Source: an uncultured Acidobacteriota bacterium
Lineage (GTDB): Bacteria > Acidobacteriota > Vicinamibacteria > Vicinamibacterales > UBA2999
Direction: 5' to 3'
Assembly (NCBI GenBank): GCA_963843885.1
Contig: CAWJMJ010000016.1
Span: 193,168 to 257,167 of the forward strand
DNA: 64,000 nt
Part shown: positions 58,591 to 64,000 of the stretch, piece after piece
How the letters are laid out: every line of letters begins with the position of its first letter
Position numbering within the stretch: the first letter of the stretch is position 1
Made by a program: the position numbers and the translations under genes
The notes under the pieces: generated by a model
Databases searched by the model: none
The model's input: only the letters and a program-made list of their open reading frames with translations
Told to the model about the DNA's origin: nothing

Positions 58591-59760
58591 ATGACCATGC
58601 GCGACCTCGCCGACCTGCGGAAAGCGCTCGACGACCTCGACAAGGTGCTGCTGCACGCGCTCGGCGAGCGCACCCGGCTGGCGCACGAAATCGCCGACGT
58701 CAAGGCCGACGCCGACCGCCCGGTACGCGACCTGGACCGCGAGGCCGCGCTCGTCGCCCACCGTTCCGCCTACGGCGAGCGGCTCGGCCTCGACCCGGCG
58801 CTGGTCCGGCGCATCTATCACGAGATCCTCGAGGACTCGGTGCGGCGTCAACACGACTGGCTGCAGTCGCCCGTCGACACCGCGGCCGAGCCGTGGACCG
58901 TGGCCTACCAGGGCACGGAAGGCGCCTACGGCCACGAGGCGGCCCAGCGCCACTTCGGCGTGGAGCGGCGGGTCATCACCTTCCGTCCCTACCGGTCCTT
59001 CCGCGACACGCTCGAAGCGGTGCAGCGCGGCGACGCGCAACGGGCCGTGCTCCCGATCGAGAACAGCACCGCCGGCTCGGTCAACGAGGTCTACGACCTC
59101 CTGTTCCGCCTCAACCTGGCCATGGTGGGCGAGGAGGTGCTGCCCATCCGGCACTGCCTGCTCGGGGTGCCGGGCGCGACCATCGCCGGGCTGACCCACG
59201 TCCACTCCCATCCGCAGGCGCTGGCGCAGTGCAGCGATTACCTGGCCGGGCTGGCGGACGTCGAGAGCGAACCGGCCGCCAACACCGCCCTGGCGGCGGC
59301 GCGCGTGGCCGAGCGCGGCGATCGCGCGCACGCGGCCATCGCCAGTGGCGAAGCCGGTGACCGCCACGGCCTCACCGTGCTGGCCCGCGACATCGCCAAC
59401 CAGGCCATCAACCTGACGCGCTTCGTGGTCATCGCCGCGACGCCGGTGGACGTCAACCCGCTGGTGGCGTGCAAGGTGTCGCTGGTGTTCGGCACCAGAC
59501 ACGAACGCGGCGCTCTCGTGCGCTGCCTGAATGTCCTGGCCGAAGAGGGTCTCAGCTTGACCAAGCTGGAATCACGGCCCAAGCCCGGTTCGGCCTGGGA
59601 GTACGTCTTCTATGTGGACGTCGAGGGGCACTTGGGCGAGCCGCGGGTCCAGTCGGGGTTGGCCGGACTGGCCACGGCCACGCAGTTCCTCCGGGTGCTC
59701 GGGTGCTATCCGCAGGCAGTCATCTCCGGCGGGGGAGGCTCGGGCCGTCCGCAGGTATAA
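58591..59760 (+). CDS. pheA: bifunctional chorismate mutase / prephenate dehydratase (P-protein)
   Basis: Intact 389-aa ORF. Chorismate mutase helix LRKALDDLDKVLLHALGERTRLAHEIADVK. AYQGTEGAYG, PIENSTAGSVNEVYDLL, and ACT region TRFVVI...ESRP. Confidence 0.9.
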   Translation: MTMRDLADLRKALDDLDKVLLHALGERTRLAHEIADVKADADRPVRDLDREAALVAHRSAYGERLGLDPALVRRIYHEILEDSVRRQHDWLQSPVDTAAEPWTVAYQGTEGAYGHEAAQRHFGVERRVITFRPYRSFRDTLEAVQRGDAQRAVLPIENSTAGSVNEVYDLLFRLNLAMVGEEVLPIRHCLLGVPGATIAGLTHVHSHPQALAQCSDYLAGLADVESEPAANTALAAARVAERGDRAHAAIASGEAGDRHGLTVLARDIANQAINLTRFVVIAATPVDVNPLVACKVSLVFGTRHERGALVRCLNVLAEEGLSLTKLESRPKPGSAWEYVFYVDVEGHLGEPRVQSGLAGLATATQFLRVLGCYPQAVISGGGGSGRPQV

Positions 59761-59761
59761 T
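59756..59761 (+). promoter_or_regulatory. candidate -10 box (TATAAT) 9 nt upstream of the ndk ATG
   Basis: GGTATAAT-CGACCAGTT-ATG with no Shine-Dalgarno sequence. The hexamer contains the pheA stop TAA. Confidence 0.4.
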
Positions 59762-59770
59762 CGACCAGTT

Positions 59771-60184
59771 ATGCAGCGTACATTTGCCATCATCAAACCA
59801 GATGCCGTCCGTGCCGGTTCCATGGGCAAGATTCTTGCCCGCGTGGAAGCGGAAGGGTTCACCGTGCGGGCCGCCCGCATGATCCACATGTCCAAGGGCG
59901 AGGCCGAAGGCTTCTACCACGTGCACGCGGCCCGGCCGTTCTTTGCCGCGCTCACCGACTTCATGTCGTCGGCGCCGTGCCTGGTGCTGTGCCTCGAGGC
60001 GCCCGACGCCATCAAGAAGTGGCGCGACCTGATGGGCGCGACCGATCCGGCCAAGGCCGAGGCCGGGACGCTGCGCAAGGAGTTCGGCGCGTCGATCGAC
60101 AACAACGCCACGCACGGCTCCGACGCGCCGGAGACGGCGGCGTTCGAACTGGGCTACTTCTTCCGCGGCATGGAACTCCGCTAG
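59771..60184 (+). CDS. ndk: nucleoside diphosphate kinase
   Basis: Intact. [31 protein letters not shown] (active-site His). Confidence 0.93.
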   Translation: MQRTFAIIKPDAVRAGSMGKILARVEAEGFTVRAARMIHMSKGEAEGFYHVHAARPFFAALTDFMSSAPCLVLCLEAPDAIKKWRDLMGATDPAKAEAGTLRKEFGASIDNNATHGSDAPETAAFELGYFFRGMELR

Positions 60185-60192
60185 CCCACTGC

Positions 60193-60390
60193 GTGGGTCC
60201 GCTGCTCGTCGTCGTCGGACTGGTCGTGGCCGCAGCCGGCGCCCTGATGATGGCTGGGCGTGCCGCTGGGCCGGCTGCCCGGCGACATCGCCGTCGAACG
60301 CGACGGCTTCCATTTGTACTTGCCCATCACGACCAGTCGTGCTGGTGAGCGGCGGCGTTCATGCTGGTCAGCTGGCTGCTGCGCCGCTGA
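60193..60390 (+). CDS. DUF2905-family small membrane protein (one frame break)
   Basis: [17 protein letters not shown], then [24 protein letters not shown], typical of the family. Confidence 0.6.
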
Positions 60391-60413
60391 GGCGCGAGTC
60401 GAAGGAGAGGTCG

Positions 60414-60970
60414 ATGGCCATCAAGAGCGATCGGTGGATCCGGCGCATGGCGCTCGAGCACGGCATGATCGAGCCGTTCGAGGATCGCCAGGTGCGCGCC
60501 GGCGTGGTCTCGTACGGGCTGTCGTCGTACGGCTACGACATGCGCGTCGCCGACGAGTTCAAGGTCTTCACAACATCTACAACACGGTGGTCGATCCCAA
60601 GAACTTCGACCCGCAAGTCGTTCGTCGACATCAAGGCAGCCGAGCTGCATCGTGCCGCCCAACTCGTTCGCGCTGGCCCGCACCATCGAGTACTTCCGCA
60701 TCCCGCGCGACGTGCTGACGGTCTGCCTCGGCAAGTCGACCTACGCGCGCTGCGGCATCATCGTCAACGTCACGCCGTTCGAGCCCGAGTGGGAAGGCCA
60801 CGTCACGCATCGAGATCTCGAACACGACGCCGCTGCCGGCGAAGATCTACGCCAACGAGGGCATCGCGCAGGTGCTGTTCTTCCAGAGCGACGAGCCGTG
60901 CGAGGTGTCGTACAAGGACAAGAAGGGCAAGTACCAGGCGCAGCGCGGCGTCACGCTGCCCAAGATCTGA
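60414..60970 (+). CDS. dcd: dCTP deaminase (frame broken)
   Basis: [97 protein letters not shown]. Confidence 0.9.
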
Positions 60971-60971
60971 C

Positions 60972-60990
60972 GGGCCCGGGTTCCGGGCCC
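60972..60990 (+). terminator. short GC hairpin after dcd
   Basis: GGGCCCGG-GTT-CCGGGCCC followed by TCGATTCC (weak U-tract). Confidence 0.35.
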
Positions 60991-61023
60991 TCGATTCCCC
61001 GGGTCATAGAAGACGAACAGACG

Positions 61024-61557
61024 ATGATACGGACTCACAAAGGCACGGCACCGACGGTCGACGCGACGGCGTACGTGGATCCACTCCGCCCAGGTCATCG
61101 GCGACGTCCACATCGGCGCCGAGTCGTCGGTGTGGATGAACGTCGTCATCCGCGGCGACGTCCATCGCATCCGCATCGGCCGCCGCTCGAACATCCAGGA
61201 TCTGACGATGGTGCACGTGATGCGCGACACCCATCCGACGACCATCGGCGACGAGGTGACGGTGGGGCACTCGGCCGTGCTGCACGGCTGCACCATCGAA
61301 GACCGCGTGCTCATCGGCATGGGCGCGATGCTGCTCAACGGCGCCCACATCGGCGCCGACTCGGTGGTCGCCGCCGGCACGTCTGCGTCACCGAAGGCAT
61401 GCGCATTCCGCCCCGTTCGCTCGTGATGGGCCGGCCGGCCAAGGTCAAGCGCCCGCTGACCGACGACGAAGTGGCCGAGATCCGCTGGTACGCCGACAAC
61501 TACGTGGCCTATCGCCTCGACTACCTGGCCGAGAGCGGCGTCGTGGCGCCACGCTGA
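61024..61557 (+). CDS. gamma-carbonic-anhydrase-like left-handed beta-helix protein (YrdA/PaaY family; two frame breaks)
   Basis: [74 protein letters not shown]. Confidence 0.8.
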   Translation: MIRTHKGTAPTVDATAYVDPLRPGHRRRPHRRRVVGVDERRHPRRRPSHPHRPPLEHPGSDDGARDARHPSDDHRRRGDGGALGRAARLHHRRPRAHRHGRDAAQRRPHRRRLGGRRRHVCVTEGMRIPPRSLVMGRPAKVKRPLTDDEVAEIRWYADNYVAYRLDYLAESGVVAPR

Positions 61558-62942
61558 TGGCCGTCGTCGACCAAGCCGGCGCGCGGCATGCGCGACTTCC
61601 TGCCGGACGACGTGCGCCGCCGCGCAGCATGTCATCGGCGTGATTGCCGAGGTCTACCAGGGCTACGGCTTCGAGCCGCTCGAGACGCCGTCGGTCGAGA
61701 ACATCGAGACGCTGCACGGCAAGTACGGCGAAGAGGGCGACCGGCTGATCTTCAAGATCCTGAAGCGCGGCGAGGACGGCAAGGCCGGCGAGGCCGACCT
61801 GGCGCTCCGCTACGACCTCACCGTGCCGCTGGCGCGGGTCGTGGCCGAGCACCGCGCCACGCTGCCGAAGTTCTTCAAGCGCTACCAGGTGCAGCCGGTG
61901 TGGCGCGCCGATCGGCCGCAGAAGGGCCGCTTCCGCGAGTTCTACCAGTGCGACGTCGACGCCATCGGCTCGACCTCGATGACGGTCGAAGCGGAGCTGC
62001 TCGCGGCCGGCGGCCGACGTGCTTCAGCGCGCTCGGCTTCACGGACTTCACATCGCCTCAATCACCGCCAGCTGTTGAGCGCGCGTGCTCGACGCACGCC
62101 GGGGTGCCGGCGGCGCTGCACGGCACGGCGCTCGTGCCATCGACAAGGCCGACAAGATCGGCCGCGACGGCGTCGCGGTCGAGCTGGAGACGAGCGGCTT
62201 GCGCCGGCGAGCGGCGCGCGACGTCACTGCTCATCGACTGACGCGGCGGCGCCGCCGGCGCGACACTCGCGGCGCTGGATGGTTCAGCCGCAATCGGCCG
62301 CTCAACGACGGCGGGCACGGCCGGCCGTCGACGGAACTGCGCGCAGATCTTCGCGCTGTGCCGACGAGCACCAGCGGCCGGCGCCCATCTGGCGCATCGA
62401 CGCAGCCTGGCGCGCGGCCTGTCGTATTACACCGGCGCCGATCTTCGAAATCGCCGTGCCGGATCTGGCCGGCAGCCTCGGCGGCGGCGGCCGCTACGAC
62501 AACCTGGTCGGCATGTTCTCGGGTGAGCGCGTGCCCGCCTGCGGCATCTCGCTCGGCCTCGAGCGGATCCTGGTCGTGATGGCCGAGCGCGGCATGTTCC
62601 CGCCGGCGCGTGGTCCCGACGCCGGCCGACGTCATGGTCGTGCAGTGGTTCGCGAACCGCGGCGACCTGTATCCGACGTTCGCCGACCGAGCTGCGCGGC
62701 GCAGGCTGCGCGTGGAGCTCTATCCGGACTGCGCCGGCCGAGGTGCAACCGAAGTCGGCGAACTCGGCAAGCAGTTCAAGTATGCGCCGGCGAGCGCGGC
62801 ATCCCATTCGTGGCCGTGATCGGAGACGCACGAGCTGGAGGCGCGGACAGGTCACGCTCAAGGACGCTGGCCGACGGCGACGCAGGTCGATCGTCGACCG
62901 CGACGCCGACGTGGCCGACGTCTCATCGAAGTCACAGAATGA
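61557..62942 (+). CDS. hisS: histidine--tRNA ligase (frame broken many times)
   Basis: [98 protein letters not shown] overlap with the preceding gene. Confidence 0.9.
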
Positions 62943-62950
62943 GGACGTCA

Positions 62951-64000
62951 ATGGCTGAGCAACTCGGAACCCTGGCCCGCACGCACACCTGCGGCGCGCT
63001 GCGCGCCGCCGATGTCGGCGCGACGGTCGTGCTGCTCGGCTGGGTGCATCGGGTCCGCGACCTCGGCTCGCTGCTGTTCCTCGACGTGCGCGATCGCCAC
63101 GGCCTCACGCAGGTCATCGTCGAAGGACGACGAGGCGCTGCTCGAGCGCGCCAAGCGCCTGCGCTCGCGAGTTCGTCGTGGCCATCATCGGCGTGGTCGA
63201 GCGGCGCGTCCGCCGAGACGGTGAACGCCAAGCTGCCGACCGGCGAGGTCGAGGTGCGGGCCGAGGGAAGTGCGCGTCCTCAACGAGGCCAAGACGCCGC
63301 CGTTCTCGATCGCCGAGGACCAGAACGTCTCGGAAGAGACGCGGCTGCGGTATCGCTACCTCGATCTGCGCCGGCCGCAGCTGCAGCACAACATCGGCGC
63401 TGCGCCACGCGGTCACGATGGCGCTGCGCAAGTACTTCGACGAGCAAGGGTTCTACGAGATCGAAACGCCGATCCTGACCAAGTCCACGCCCGAAGGCGC
63501 CCGCGACTTCCTGGTGCCGAGCCGCGTGCATCCGGGCGAGTTCTACGCGCTGCCGCAGTCGCCGCAGATCTTCAAGCAGATCCTGATGATTGCCGGCTTC
63601 GATACGCTACGTGCAGATCGCCCGCTGCTTCCGCGACGAGGCGCTGCGCGCCGACCGGCAACTCGAGTTCACGCAGGTCGACCTCGAAATGGCGTTCGCG
63701 ACGCCGCCAGATGGTCTACGACGATCGTCGAAGGCGCGCTGGCGGCTGCTTCCGCGAGATCGGCGTCGAGATCCGCCGGCCGTTCCGGCGGATGCCGTAT
63801 GCCGAGGCGATCGCGGTCTACGGCTCGGACAAGCCCGACCTGCGCTTCGGCCTGGAGATCCAGGACGTCGGCCCGCTGCTTCGCCACGTCGGCGTTCGGC
63901 ATCTTCCGCGAGGCCGTGGAGCACGGCGGCACGGTCCGCGGCTTCGTCATCCCGGGCGCGGCGGCGGTACTCCCGCCGCGAACTCGACGAGCTCGTCGAG
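62951..64000 (+). CDS. aspS: aspartate--tRNA ligase (3' end outside window; frame broken many times)
   Basis: [121 protein letters not shown]. Confidence 0.92.

Noticed and set aside
57724-59502. 592-aa ORF on the minus strand
   Set aside because: It is antisense to sucD and pheA, both of which are unambiguous.

Overview
This is a very GC-rich bacterial chromosomal segment from a diderm organism: LPS, Lol and type IV pilus genes are present. The gene style suggests an Acidobacteriota- or Gemmatimonadota-like lineage, which cannot be proven without a search. I annotate about 67 protein genes and one tRNA-Ala(CGC). Most of the window is core housekeeping in conserved operons: ribBA; ffh-rpsP-KH-rimM-trmD-rplS-rnhB; a peptidoglycan recycling and synthesis block nagZ-ldcA-mpl-pxpBC-murB-murA; rplM-rpsI-rpsB-tsf-pyrH-frr; pilMNOPQ; accBC; folD-coaE; lapB, pyrG-kdsB; mdh-sucCD; pheA-ndk; dcd; hisS-aspS. 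Many of these conserved and essential genes are split across reading frames by single-base indels. I read this as sequence or assembly error, not decay, so gene boundaries in those stretches are approximate. The only clearly accessory region is a minus-strand block at 21.1-28.7 kb next to the tRNA. It holds a WecD-like acetyltransferase, a matrixin-like protein whose catalytic Glu is replaced by Gly and which carries three Fn3-like modules, a GT-C (PMT/ArnT-like) membrane glycosyltransferase, and two tandem paralogous secreted proteins. Each paralog has a signal peptide, three Fn3-like modules and a conserved ~120-aa C-terminal domain that I cannot assign to any family. This block is my best candidate for an undescribed system. 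Secondary points of interest are a LolA-like gene overlapping a lipobox-bearing TPR-secretin, two lipoproteins plus a TPR protein downstream of pilQ, several near-leaderless gene starts with TATAAT boxes 9-11 nt upstream of the ATG, an orphan promoter with an 18-bp perfect palindrome, and a pair of DnaA-box sequences upstream of mdh. All product names come from recognising motifs in the supplied translations; no database search was possible.
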